Of a DNA stretch of 64,000 nucleotides, positions 33,738 through 46,817 are shown one piece after another. The position numbers and the translations under genes were made by a program. Each line of letters begins with the position of its first letter. Within the stretch, counting starts at the first letter, position 1. The notes beneath the pieces are model-generated. The model did not search any database and had not been told where the DNA came from. It worked only from the letters and a program-made list of their open reading frames with translations. Source of the DNA: Microthyrium microscopicum (taxonomy: Eukaryota); contig MU004237.1 of the NCBI GenBank assembly GCA_010405405.1, forward strand, positions 2,243,345-2,307,344, given 5' to 3'.

Positions 33738-36700
33738 CTAAACAAGCATCTTTGCTTTCTGTTTGTCGTCTAGACATCTCTTGATAGCTATGAAGCGTTA
33801 GCAAATGTCTCAATCCAACTGACGGTCCATTCTTACCTTCGCAAGTCGTTCTTGCGTCACCGAAAAGCATTTTCGTGTTTTGCATGAAGAACATGGGATT
33901 CGGTACGTCCGCTATTTTGGAGTTAGTAAACCATCTCTTGAACTTTGTGCTCACTTACCATATCCACTGCTCATTCCTCTCTTCATTACTATAACCTGTT
34001 TGCTCTTCCATGCCTTCAAGACAGGCATGCCAGCAATAGCGCTTCCCTTCTCCAAAGCTGCAGGATTGACAGTGTCGTTGGCTCCAATGACAAGAGTCAA
34101 ATCCGTGTCGGCGAAATCGTCATTGATCTCGTCCATTTCGTGGACGATATCGTATTCAACTCCAGCTTCAGCCAATAGTACGTTACATTGACCTGGCATA
34201 CGACCTGCGACTGGATGAATTGCGAATCGAACGTTGATACCACGGCTGCGTAGCATGGTAACAATGTCCGAGAGTGCGTATTGGGCTTTGGCAACAGCCA
34301 TACCATAGCCAACGACAATAATAACTGATTCGGCATCTCCTAGAGCATCTGATACTTCTTCTACTGAAGTCGGTATAACTTTGCCTTCCACTGCAGGTCC
34401 AGTAACTTGTGTTGTTTCTCCAATGCCTCCAAATAGGACGTTCGTTAGAGAACGGTTCATGGCAACGCACATGATGTAGGAAAGAATGGAGCCACTGACG
34501 CCTATAAGAGACCCGACTGTTGTTAGAAGAGGGTTATCGAGCATGAGACCTTCAGCGAGGAGTGCAAATCCAGAGTAGGCGTTCAAAACTGTAATGACGA
34601 CGGGCATATCTGCTCCACCAATTGCTGAAGTGGTGGTAAATCCTTTGAGAAAGCTCAAAGTTGCACTTGCTGATAATGCAAGGGCAGCAATCATTGGTGA
34701 GCCCGGTGCTAGTGTGAGAAAAGCGCCCAGTGTACCAACATTAGCGGCAAGCATACCACTATTGATAAGATGTCGACCTGGTAGTCGCAGTGGCTTCGAA
34801 GACATTCGACCTGCGAGTTTGGCAAAAGCTACAATAGAGCCTGTGAATGTGATACCTCCAATGACGACTCCCAGGTATCCAGTAACCATGTGAAGGGTTG
34901 AAATATCTTGAATGTGCATCATTATGCTTCCGACACTGGTCAAAACTGCTGCTAGACCGACGACCGAATGCAATGCCGCAACAGTTTGTGGTAGGTCCGT
35001 TGGGGAAATTCTTCGACCAATAACCATTCCGATTATACTTCCAATTGCGGCAACGCCACCGAATTGAGCCAACACTTCAGGTGAGAACCCGACAGCTGCC
35101 AGAGAAGCCAAAATACCAGAGCCAACTCCTAGGATTCCTAGGAGATTACCTTGTCGCGCGGTATTCTGAGCAGCCAGGCCGGATATAGAAGATATGCATA
35201 GAACACTGCTAATCAAATAACCTGCTTGAACAAGACCTGCCATGCCAGTACTTGCTGCTGCAATAAATCCACCGCCAAAAACGAGTCCGGGAATTGCGTA
35301 TAGCCATGGATACTCTGGAGGATCCGTTGGTCTTTTGAACATGTCAAGCATTCTCTTTGTAATGACAAAACCTCCTGTAATGTTGACGAATGCCAATAGA
35401 GCGGAGACTGCGCCGAATGCCTGAGGAATTGTTTCTGGTAGATATCCACCGCCCATGATAAAGAAACCCCCAATACCAACCATACCAGAGATTGCATTTG
35501 TCACACTCATTAGTGGAGAATGTAAAGCTGGTGAGACTCCCCAGACAACACGATATCCAATCAATCCAGCGAGACCTGTAGTAAACAAGTTGCTCATGAA
35601 TATTGGTCCGGTAATCTTTCCAAGTGCAACTAAAGTTCCCATACCAGCAGTAACGGTAGTGACTTCACGAACTTTTCGTTGCCATGGTGTCAGTGCTACT
35701 ACTTCTTCGACTTGCTCTATAACAGGCTGGACTGCAGGCCGTGGAGGAAGTGCAGGTCGAGGAGCAGGTGGTAGTATTTCTCCTTTATGAGTAACGATAG
35801 AGCCTCTGACAACTTCATCTTCCAAGTCGACTCCAAATTGTTTCTCTCCAAATTGAATTGATAAGAAGAATTTGGTGATGTTGTTGGAATACAAATTTGA
35901 AGCTTGAGCGGGAAGTCTACTTGGTAGATCGGTATATCCAATGACTGTCACTCCATTCTGTATGGCGATTTCTCCTGGAACGGTAAATTCGCAGTTGCCA
36001 CCGGATTCTGCTGCAAGATCAACAATGACAGATCCAGGTTTCATGGCATTGACCATGTCTTTGGTGATCAGTTTTGGTGCAGGCTTGCCAGGAATCATTG
36101 CTGTAGTGATGACTATGTCGACGTCCTTGCATTGGGCCATGAATAATTTCATTTCCGCGTCAATGAATTCTTTTGACATTTCTTTACTGTATCCACCACT
36201 TGCTGCACCTTCTTCTTTGATTTCGACTTCGAGAAACTCAGCTCCAAGACTTTGAACCTGTTCGCGTGCAGCTGATCTAGTATCAAAACCGCGAACAATT
36301 GCACCAAGTCTTCTAGCCGTGGATATTGCGCTTAGTCTGCAGACTGTTAGTGATATATGTTAGAGCCCTTCGATCCAGTGGCACTCACCCTGCAACACCT
36401 GCACCAATAACAAGAACCTTTGATGGGGGTATCTTTCCAGCAGCGGTAGTTTGACCAGTAATGAATCGACCAAAGTGATTGGAAGCTTCAAGTACTGCCT
36501 TGTATCCAGCAATATTCGCCATTGAACTCAAAGCATCAAAAGTCTGAGCTCTAGAGATACGAGGGATCTTTTCCATGGCAAATGTTGTCGCATGACGACC
36601 GGCAAGAGCCTGAACAAGATCCTTATTTTGATCTGCATTCACAAAGGAAATGACGACAGCTTCATCTTTCAGACCGGCAACTTCATTGTTGTCCTTTGCA

Positions 36701-37203
36701 ATACTTGGTGGTCGAACTTTGAGAACAACATCGCTTTCTGACCAGACAGTACCGGATTTTACCACTTTGGCACCAGCATTTTGGTAGGAAGTATCAGAGA
36801 ATTGTGCATAATCTCCAGCACCTTCTTCAATCAAAATGGTTCCGATCCCGTTCTTAACCAGTAGAGCCACATTTTGAGGCGTAAGAGCTACACGTCGTTC
36901 TTGAGGATATGTTTCCTTTGGTACTCCCACGGTTATCCCTGTATACGGGGCTGTTGATAGTTGACGTCTGTTGTGTAGCCGGGAAGATACAGGTACAGTC
37001 CAGGATTGTAATGATTGGGGTCGCCTTGTTTGGGACCCAATAATTTTCGGTCCATGACAGCGAGAGTCCACACAGCCAGTCGATCCGGAGAAATTTCTTT
37101 TGATTCGTTGTAGATGGGACAAGCTTCCTTTGGTGGACGATCCAATGGACTTGAGATTCCCGAAAAGGATAAGAGACGTTCGCCTCACTCCAATGATATC
37201 CAT
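33738..37203 (-). CDS. NNT: Mitochondrial NAD(P) transhydrogenase (fused alpha-beta)
   Basis: Presequence-like N-terminus, [98 protein letters not shown]. Three introns; spliced end [20 protein letters not shown]. Confidence 0.96.
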
Positions 37204-37960
37204 CTTGAGTATCGTTTCATTTGCAGTGGGCCGGGGAAACGCGGGTGAGTCTGACAATCAGATTGGCTGGACTATGCTCCGATAGATCCCTTGCCTTGGA
37301 TCCGACGTATGACAGGACTTGAAAAGGCGATAGACGCGCCGTCAATGTCTCCGATTCGAGAAGCGAACGCGTGGTGGAGTCGGAGGCTGAAATTGGTATC
37401 AACCTGCGGCTACATGTGTGAGTGTGCGATGGAGGTTGACTTTCAAGTCAAAACAAAAGGACACCTCGGCGGTTGAAATCACACGACTCGCACTATTGTG
37501 TCAAAAATCCATAGTCATGACCATAATTTGTTGCTTTGTGGTCTGGAGGCTGATTCGCTGGTTGTGCGGGGAATACGGGTCCATCATTGATCCATGTGAC
37601 GGTTAACGGCAATTCTATTCCGTTCTCTACGGTATCTAGTTCATATACAAATTTAGACTCATATTTCAACATAAATCATTGATCTTCCCATTTGGTACTT
37701 TGAACAATTCTATGGCTTCGAAGTCTCATCCGCAGAAATAGCAAATAGCTTAAAACGTGGACATGTCGGCTGGTAGCATAAGAGTAATGTGCTAACCTTT
37801 AATTCTTGTATGAAAGGTGGGGTATTCCTTGAGGCTCTGCTGATACATCATTCTACTGTTTACTTACCATTACCGTGAGTGATATTGCCAAACAAAGAAA
37901 TAGGAGGCATAATTGTGGTAGCGAAGAGCGTATAACAGTCACCATTCGAGGCGACTAGAA

Positions 37961-38354
37961 ATGAATTCAGTGTCAATTGCATCCGCGACCGTTGGAGTTA
38001 GTGCTACAGCGCTGAAGATCACAAAGGCTCTCAATGACTTTCGGTCCAAATATCGTCAACCGAGTATGACCGTCAGTGCTATTTGCTCAGAGTCGGCCAT
38101 TATCAATGCATCGCTTTCACAAGTTCAGAGTTTAATCTTTCGGGAAGGTGATGCTTTTGTGAGGAAACTGGAAGAGCGCCAAGGTCTGTGTACAACATTT
38201 GATATCGCTTTAACTGGATGCGAACTTCTATTCTCATCCTTGGAAGAAGAAATATCGGATCTGCGAGCAGCCTTAAGCGCAGATGGACCATGGACTGGAA
38301 ACACAGACCGAAAGCCGCTTGCAATGAAGAGACCATGACAAGTCGATATGGCTA
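37961..38354 (+). pseudogene. Truncated HeLo-like / 'fungal N-terminal domain of STAND proteins' relic
   Basis: MNSVSIASATVGVSATALKITKALNDF..SAICSESAIINASLSQVQ..FDIALTGCELLFSSLEEEI. After a frameshift near 38287, MDWKHRPKAACNEETM continues the family pattern and then stops. No downstream NTPase or repeat domain. Confidence 0.6.
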
Positions 38355-38485
38355 AGTGTTCGTTGAGGCAAGCTGACCATTAACTCTTAAATCTGCCACT
38401 ATACTTGATCAGGAGGATCGCAGTCGATGACTGCCAGCGATGATGCTCCTAAGATAGTGAAGCCAAGTCGCATCTCTAGAATTTT

Positions 38486-39356
38486 CTATTCGCACATCTT
38501 TCCGTCCTTGTGAACATGATATGTACATCGGCCTGATGTTGCACTCCAAATAGGGTCTGGCTTTCCCTTGTTCTCAAGATAAATCTTGTTGAGCAATGCC
38601 TCCTTTCCTTTAGCGACAGCCCACCAAAACTCGCTGAGATCTGCGCAAGACTCTATATCATGATCTTGTCCATCATTGTACGTCGTGCCTACGGTTCCAT
38701 GAATGCATTTGAACAGAAGAAGTCGAATCAATTGAGAGTCCTTCGGGAGGTTCTTGTGGGCCAGTGCGACCAATGATATTGGAAATCCGGCGGGATTGGT
38801 GAGGTAGTCGATAGCTGCGTTATGAAGAGTCTCGTCCTGTAGAAAGTCGGCAAGCTTGAGTAGTCCAACCAAGACTCTACGCTCCTCATGAACTGTGATG
38901 TCTGCCGATTCTAGTAGCTGGGTGAAAAGTTTGCCCGTGTAAAGAAACTCAACATACAAAGTGAAGATCTTTGAGTCACAGTCTGGAAGTTTGACCTGGT
39001 TCTCGACGTTTTCTTTGAAGTTTGCGCCAGCGCGTAACATTGCTTGGAAAAAGCCAGAGCTTGACCGCAGAGTTTCAGTGTGTACCATAAAAACATCCTA
39101 GAAACGGTGAGTATCTATGATATTGGGAGCTTGAATTCTGTACAGAAAACGTACTTCTTTCATTCCAACAAGGACTTTGGTGATTGAGGCTGTAATATTT
39201 GGTCGTTGTGAGGTAGGCCGTCGTATGGCATGAGGTTGCGTACCGCTCAGATGGGCCTGAACAGCTGCGCTGGGAGTTGAGGTTGATATGCTTCTAATCG
39301 CACACATGAGATATAAGCCATGATTTCGAGAATATGGGCTCAACTTACGGTGCCAT
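38486..39356 (-). CDS. BTB/POZ domain protein
   Basis: Spliced ITKVLVGMKE|DVFMVHTETLRSSSGFFQAML..FKE..VKLPDCDSKIFTLYVEFLYTG..LADFLQD..LHNAAID. C-terminal CTYHVH. ATG at 39356; two introns. Confidence 0.85.
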
Positions 39357-39772
39357 TTTGATGATTTTTGACCAAAAACTTGGTATTTTTGTGTTGCCGG
39401 GGCAAGCTTTGAGAGAACAGCAGGTGACAGATGAAGTTTTGGATTTTGCGCGTTGAGTGTTTTTATTCCATGGTGGAGAAAGAGCTAAATGGGAGTCGTG
39501 CCTGCCAATTCATAATGTTGAATTGGAAAGCACGACCATCTAACAAACCGGTTGACAATATATAGGTCGCTCCCATCGGGTGCCGTCTCTACCATCGCAC
39601 TACAAGACAAGCATGTCTCTAAATTTATCGTAATTCATATTCTACGGTTATGTCAACGCACTCAATGGCAAATGAAGTAGTCGATGACAAACCGGAGCTG
39701 ATGGAGAGCGCCATTTATTAGTCTTGAGGATGATAGGCTACTCGCTAGCGTTAAGATTTGAAGATTTTTGAA

Positions 39773-40702
39773 TCATACAGTCTTTTTGGCTTCTTTTGCT
39801 AATCCAGCCCGAGGGGAGTTTGGCGCTTGACTCGTAGGTTTGCTAGCCGTAACCATAACGTATCGTGTCCATCCTTTCTTCACTGCGGGATAGCCTTCTG
39901 CTCCAGCCATTGTGTTGACGAATCGCTTCTGTAGACCAAGAAGTTTGACGACCAAGTAAGGCACGAGGGCGACGACGTAGAACAACCAGAGCATGGGCAT
40001 GATGTTCTTCGAAAGATCCCGTGTCTCAACATTGCTAAAGCCAGCTTCTTTCAGCAAGTCTTCCAGTACACCTGGTTCAAACATGTCAAAAGAAGGCATC
40101 GCGGAGTAGTCGTTTACGTCGCGAAGTTTTTGTGCTGCGTCTTTTGGTATTGAACTCGTTGGCGGATGATCGTATGAGAGCAGAACGAGTCGCTTCCCTG
40201 GTGCAAGAACTCTGTACATTTCCTTGAGCACTACCAGCGGCTCAGGGGCGTGTAACAAGGACTCCACCATGTAAGCACCATCAAACTCGCCATCGCCGAA
40301 TCTGCTTAGATCATGGAAATCTCCTTGTCGAAGCTGTATCCGGTCGTCCAACCCCGTTCCAGGTATTCTTCTTTGCCCCTTTTGTATATGTCGTTCAACA
40401 AGATCTACGCCTTGAACTTTCAATCCTCGTTTCGCGAGACGCATTGCCACAACTCCGACACCACATCCTGCATCAAGTATGTTTGCGTCTTTTTCTGCCT
40501 GTAACGCGTCGAACACCTTGTCCTCCATCCGCCGTAAAGATTTGCCGATGGGAAAGGCCGACGACTTCTCATTATCATAATATCCGAAATGACGTGCGTC
40601 TGAAAGGAATAAGCGGTATCCGATTCTCGATTCTAGGGTGGCATAGTAATCCGTAACTCCAGTAAGCTTTCGCGCCGAGATCTGGGGATTCGACTGAGAC
40701 AT
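39773..40702 (-). CDS. Class I SAM-dependent methyltransferase (sterol C-methyltransferase-like fold)
   Basis: YYATLESRIGY..RHFGYY, motif I ILDAGCGVG, GDFHDL, FDGAYMVESLLH, RVLAPG. Confidence 0.88.
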   Translation of the reverse strand: MSQSNPQISARKLTGVTDYYATLESRIGYRLFLSDARHFGYYDNEKSSAFPIGKSLRRMEDKVFDALQAEKDANILDAGCGVGVVAMRLAKRGLKVQGVDLVERHIQKGQRRIPGTGLDDRIQLRQGDFHDLSRFGDGEFDGAYMVESLLHAPEPLVVLKEMYRVLAPGKRLVLLSYDHPPTSSIPKDAAQKLRDVNDYSAMPSFDMFEPGVLEDLLKEAGFSNVETRDLSKNIMPMLWLFYVVALVPYLVVKLLGLQKRFVNTMAGAEGYPAVKKGWTRYVMVTASKPTSQAPNSPRAGLAKEAKKTV

Positions 40703-41547
40703 AACTGCGAGGGGTATAAAGCAAGAGGACACGAAAGTATGAAACAAAAGCTTGAAAGAGAAAAGAACCAGGCGCTTGAGGATGCTACAGAGCAGGGAGT
40801 TGGTAAGGTAAATTCAAGAGAAGTAGTTGTAGCCAGCCACTGCCAAGTGACAGGGCGCTTGCGCAAACGCCGAGACCCTTGTAAACGTCAACAACTCCTT
40901 TTCCTCCTTCATCTCTTGGCGTCTCTACTCCATCTACCAACTACATCACCTGTTGCATACTATTGATTCGCGGTCGTCGCTTGCAAGAGAGCTCAACTCA
41001 TTAGAGGCAAAACCCTTCTTACTAATTGCTAGTACTTGCTCGATGCTTGTGACAGATATTCCTGCTTGAGGTATGAATCTTGCTTCACGGCCCGCTGGAT
41101 CGTCCCGTCGCTGGTCTAGTGCTTCTCCATGGCTCTAGTGCGACAAAACAGAGCAGCCTTTCGATCTCTCACGTTGATGACATGCAATTCATCAACTGAG
41201 ACGTAGGAAGCTCAGAGAGCAAGGGAAGAGATATTCGCATGGCTCCTATGGAGTCTTTTCTCAACCTAAGCGCCCGCTGAAACGCCTCCTCTGATTACTG
41301 TATGTATTATGATCAGTCGGCGGTCTTCCTGGTCTTCAGCAGCCAGTACCGTTTCATTATCAATAACCCGACTTCGAGAAAATACCCCTGTGAATTTGCG
41401 GCACAGCAAAGCCATACGAGTCCTTTATACTGACTTCAAATCCTTAATGTAAAGTGAGAATGCGCCTAACAAGCTACTTCGCCTGCTCGGCACCACCAAC
41501 TGCTATTATATTCTTGGCTTCAGGGCCTCCCCGCATTGCTTTAGCTC

Positions 41548-43098
41548 ATGTTTGCTTTCATAGTGCTCATTCTTTTCCTTTTCCAATGCTATCCCTCCTT
41601 CGCAGCTCCGACAGCCTACCTCGCTTCCGAATATATCATAGTCAGAGATGCTAACAATCAGACCGCGGTAACGACGGCCAAGAGAGGATGGGTTGGTCTC
41701 TTCTAAGACGAAATGAACCCTACTGACACTAGACAGGTGTCATCTCCAAACGAAAGAGGAACAATAGATATAATATGGAGTTCTCTCATTACAATGTTCC
41801 TCTGTTCATGGTCACTACTTTGCCTCAACGTGCCTGCTCCCAAGCACTCGATCCTTTCTCGGCTTCATCTACGACTATGGCTCACAGCATTATGCTTCTT
41901 GGGCCCGGAATTTACCTTGGTCATGGCTCTAGGTCAATACGCCTCCGCTCGGCAGTCCGTGATTGATTTTGCCAATGCCAAAGCTGGAGATTGGACTATG
42001 AATCATGCCTTTTACGCCAATATGGGAGGCTTCATGTTGCACACCCCGGACTTTGCTCCGTTTCCGGTTGACGCCAAACAACTCCTATTCCTTATAAAGG
42101 GAGGCTTTGTCGAACTTCCAAAGCTCCAAAAGCGTGCCATTGCCGACAAGAACAAAGTGGACGGAATGCTTCGCCTGATCACCCTACTGCAGGTTCTCTG
42201 GTTCACAATAAATGTCATCGGCCGAATTGCGACACGCCTTACGGTCACATGTCTCGAACTCACGACTGCTGCCTTCATCATCTGCGCTGTGGGTACAAGT
42301 TACTGCTGGCTCCACAAACCGGCCGATGTTGAGGTTCCTGAGGACATATACTCCTCTCATTCAATCGTTGAGATTGAAAAAGCCGCCTGGGAAGCAGCAA
42401 AGTCGGATCCTACCATAGATCCAAATGTCTCTCGAGAGATTCAGACTCGTACGCCGCTTGACTTTCTGAGTCGAAAAGAATGGGCATGGTCAAAATACTG
42501 GACTAATTGGATCAACATCCTAAGAAACATGAAAATTGTCTTCGCACCAAAGCAATTTCCAGTTGACCGATTCGAAAACACTGTCTTTTTGCCTCTGCCG
42601 AAGTCTCTATATACCATTTGGAGTCTCATCGCACTTGCATACAGCTCCATATTTGTCGCAGCTTGGAATTTCGAGTTTCCGACGCCAATTGAGCGAACTC
42701 TCTGGCATATCGCGACTCTTGGTCTCCTAGTTAGCGCTGTCGCTTACTGGGTTATCACACATTTTGCTTATGATGCCTGGCCATCAATAAGATCTTGGCT
42801 GAGCTCCCACTTACCAGAGATGTCTTCCAGAATTCAGAAGAAAAGAGAAGCTAGTATCAACACACGACTTGGTCGAAAATTACATAAGCTGGCGGACATG
42901 CTAAGGAACAATTCGCCTAATAAGGATCCTGCTCTGACTATTCCCTTGAAGGCCATTCTGCCAATATATGTCCTTGGTGTACTGTACTGTACTTCAAGGA
43001 CTTACATCCTTCTCGCAGACATCGTTGAGCTAAGGTCTTTACCAGCAGATGCTTTTGAACAGGTTGACTGGAGTGTATTTGTACCGCATTTTCATTGA
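41548..43098 (+). CDS. Fungal multi-pass membrane protein of unknown function (GW..RGT.DI.WS..T.F.C.W family)
   Basis: ATG at 41548 gives signal peptide MFAFIVLILFLFQCYPSFA. Intron 41692-41736 joins GW|VSSPNERGTIDIIWSS. Motifs WTMNHAFYANMGGF, IADKNKVD, WLHKPAD, AWNFEFPT.ERTLW, LRSLPADAFEQVDW. Confidence 0.82.
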
Positions 43099-43298
43099 TA
43101 TTTGCCTGCCTAGGCCTCACTTCTTTCTTTCAATTGTTTTCGGCGTTGGCGGCTGCATAATACCCCAAGGCAATGGTCTCGATCGAATATCCAGTTTAAA
43201 TTTTCCGCGATTGATCTATTGACATGTACTTATATACATGATAATGAGTTTCTAAGTGTGCCTCCCAGCAATGAAACAACATCGTGTAACAAATATCT

Positions 43299-44740
43299 TC
43301 ACTGAGCGTACATCCACTTCTCAAATTCTCCCTCATTCAGATCCTTTGGTATCATTGCTTTCGTCGATTTGGATTTTTTTGAGTGTAGACCGAAGGCCAT
43401 ATGGCTCGCCGGTCGCATGGAATAGCGCTTCATCTTCTGCGTCTCTGGACTATCTTCGCCTTCACAAATGACTCTCGCTTCGTATGCTTTCTGGGCAAAG
43501 ATGCTTGCTCTTGCCTCATCACAATTGGCAACGCTGACCTGAAAAGCATCGTAGTAAACCCGAGCATTGAGTACCACCGCTGCGTCGCTGAATTCCTCTT
43601 CCAGTAATTGAACCATATCCTTGCACGCTTTCAAACATTCGGTTCTCTTACCACGTGTGCTAGCGAGCACCATAATATTGCCGTCAAGGCGTTCGATTGT
43701 TTGACGACGCCGATCGCTGGCTTCAAGCAAGGAAGGTGGGAACAGGCATGTGCGACATTTGCACTGGAAACCAAATGAAGCCTTCAATGATGTTTGGCGA
43801 GCACTAAACGTGCTTCCGTCGTTGTATGAGATAGTAATTTCCTCTCCAGCTTCGATATCACGGATAGCGTGGATTGTCTCATGCTCCATCTCACCATTCC
43901 AGTTGTTGTGAGCATTTGGAATGCAGCTACTATTGATGAGCGACGCTATTGGATACACACAGCCCAGTGCTGACCCAGAGCCACAAGGCAGAGCATTTGT
44001 TCTGAAGATTCCGCCAAAGGGTCTCTTACCGGGGAAGTTGTTATGTAGTGACAGGAATTGACGTTGGTTTGCTTTTGTCATTGCCTTCAGCATACTACCA
44101 AGAAATGCTTCCAGGTCATCCAGCGGCATGGGTCCCGCTCGTAGGAGAGGTTTTTCGCACAAGATTCGAGTGCCTCGAGGAATGACAGAATGGGCAATGA
44201 GGCTCCTGCCTTTCCCTGGAATTTTTCTGATCTCAAAAAGAGAGGATGCGAGGTCTGCCAAAGTAGGATCGCTTCCATCCTTAGGCTCGATGATACCAGC
44301 ATTGGGCTCTTGGTCTGGCTGCTAAATTCTTAGCCTGTAGTGATGTGAATGTTAATGTGACATACCTCTTCATACGATTTGAACGAGATCCAGACAACGT
44401 CCCAGCCGTAATGGCCGCGTATCTCAGCACTTTCGGACCATCTCCACACACGATGACCAAAACGCACTTCTGCAAGTATAGTGATATCTGCGAGGTACTT
44501 TTCGACGTTTCCACACTGGGAGCCCGAGACATTCGCGCTGAACCGTAGGAATTTGTGACCTTCGAAAGGAAGTCTAGGTCGTTCTCCAACCTCGAAAATG
44601 ATGTAATTCTCTTTGACTTTGACGATTTTGTCATGCTTGTATTGTTCTTTGATGAGGTCAATGAAACGTCTCCAATTCTCTCTGTCTGTAGCGCCCTTGG
44701 ACAGCGGAGGAACCATATCGAAACCCTTATCGACACCCAT
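43299..44740 (-). CDS. SET domain protein with extra N-terminal domain and TPR-like C-terminus
   Basis: Exon 1 MGVDKGFDMVPPLS..LPFEGHKFLRFS. Intron 44365-44322 joins in frame to IPGKGRSLIA..RTNALPCG..LINSSCIPNA..GEEITISY..FGFQCKCRTC. Confidence 0.82.
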
Positions 44741-45355
44741 TATCAACTAAGGAACCAATAACTATGATAAACTTGTTGGAATTGTTGAAGGAGACGGGTA
44801 AAAGTATTTTTTATCAAGAGATACAGTGCTTGTGGGCAGCATACACCGCTATTTTCTTTCGGTTACACAACAACTTGCCATTATACAGAAAGGGGATGAT
44901 GCAGTTAACAGCGGCTACCCGCTTGAATACCGTCTGTCCAGCGTAGACATCATTTCATAGGTCTTATGTGATATCTGGCGCTCTTGTGTCTAACGTATAT
45001 ACGACTCTATAGTGATTAGCTATCATTTTTCATACGAAACCATCAAATTCGGCAGTTGGCGTGCTATAGTTTTGATATGGCTGGCTATGGTTGTCAAGGT
45101 ATGTGAGCATGAATGGTTTAATCAGACAATATCCTGCTATCTAGAGCGCCAAAATGTAGCAGTTGATGTGGATCAGAGGTAGAGCTTTCTAAACCACTCC
45201 AAGACATACGTCTCTCGTCTTGAATGCGAATCGAGGCTATATGCAAGTGTATGCAGCTGGTCGGTAGAATGAATGGCGCACTCCCTTCAACTACGATCGG
45301 AGCGAGCAATCTATTTTATAGACTGCTGAGGCTCTTCGATTAGGAAGCCCCGATT

Positions 45356-46278
45356 TTATGCTGGAAAAGCGAGCTCTTTCAAGTGGCCTGTCATCCCCAA
45401 CTCGTCCCAACTTGCTCTCTCTTCCTCCGAGCTGACCCATACCATCCCCATCATCCCCATCGCATTTGCCGGAGTGTCCTCCGTCAATGCTTTCCTCCTA
45501 GGTACAAAACACAGCCAGTCACTTGTAAAGATGACATTGTGCGCAGTGACCTGTCCAATCGTTTCTCCCACCTTCTGTATCATCTTCTGATATATCGAAT
45601 GTATCTCCTTTGCTGGTCGCCCCGCGATTCCGAGTACAAGACAATAAAAAGGCACATTTAGACTCGAAGGAGGTTTAATGAATTCTAGGGTAGCCTGCAG
45701 TCGTTCTTTCATATCTTCGTTGTCTGGGAACAGTAAAAATTCCGATTCGAGCGGCTTTTCTATTATCTGAATATGCCGATATGGTTGAGAAGAACCAGAC
45801 TCGACTCCGCAGTTGTAGAACGCTACATGGGGAGCATTCCTTTCCAGACGTGGCAATACGTCCCATGCGGCCATAAAATCGCTCAGCTCAAGTGGTTCTG
45901 CTTGTGGTGCATATTTTCGTGGATGGAGAAGCATCTGCGGTCTTAATGCACAAAACTTGTTCAGCTGAAGGATATGGGTGTTGTTTACGTCGTCCTCGAT
46001 GATAAAGTCTTTCTCGGGTTTGCCAAATGGGTCTGGTTTTGCGGCATGGCTGTCACTGGTGTCATTTCCTGGCATTGGCTTTTGTTCGAATGCTTTGATC
46101 AATCGGAATTGGAACTTTGTGTTGTCAGTTTAGAAGCATGTAACAATTGTACGAAAGAGGGACAGACGGTATATCCGTCATGAGTGACATATTCGGGCTC
46201 AGTGGGGTTATAGAACAGGCGCTCGGCGGCAGCAAGTTCTTCAAAGCGTTTCAGACACCTAGCCGAAAGAGACGTCAT
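45356..46278 (-). CDS. ATP adenylyltransferase / Ap4A phosphorylase (APA1/APA2-like)
   Basis: KPDPF, HILQLNKFCALRPQMLL, AFYNCGVESGSSQPYRHIQ, HNVIFTSDWLCFVPRR, ANAMGMMGMVWV. One intron after GYT. Confidence 0.85.
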
Positions 46279-46550
46279 ATTGAAAGAGTAGTTGAAAAGT
46301 TGTGCAAGGAGAGAGATTGGAATGCGATGGAAGTACCAAAGATGTAAATAGAACCTCCTGGATTCTCGACACGTCATTGGTGAGACAGCCCACTCACATT
46401 GAACTGAGCTTGTGAGCTGTTCTGACTACTAGGTACTAGTAGGTAAATTTAAATTCAAGGATTTGGCATTTCGTTAGAAATTAGATATCAAGTTTATGAT
46501 GATTACCTTATTAGTAGCTCCCAAACGTTGTAATTTGCGTCCGTGTCGTT

Positions 46551-46584
46551 ACCTACAATGTGACGATACCTACAATGTGACGAT
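46551..46584. repeat. 17-bp tandem duplication
   Basis: ACCTACAATGTGACGAT twice, in the divergent intergenic region. Confidence 0.85.
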
Positions 46585-46817
46585 AGTCCTTGTAAAGTTG
46601 TAAGAAGTGTACTAATGGTACTCTAGTACTCTATATCATCGTAACCATGGTTTGGTATATCCAGTCGTCCATAAGATTAAAGCTTTAGTTACCAAACGCC
46701 AGCCAGGCTGCCACTCACGTAATATCAAGCTGCCAACCTTGCCTCTAAATGTCGTCCACCTCCCAAACTCCTACAGCAACTCCATCCAAAATCTACTAAT
46801 ACATAGAGATTCTAGCC

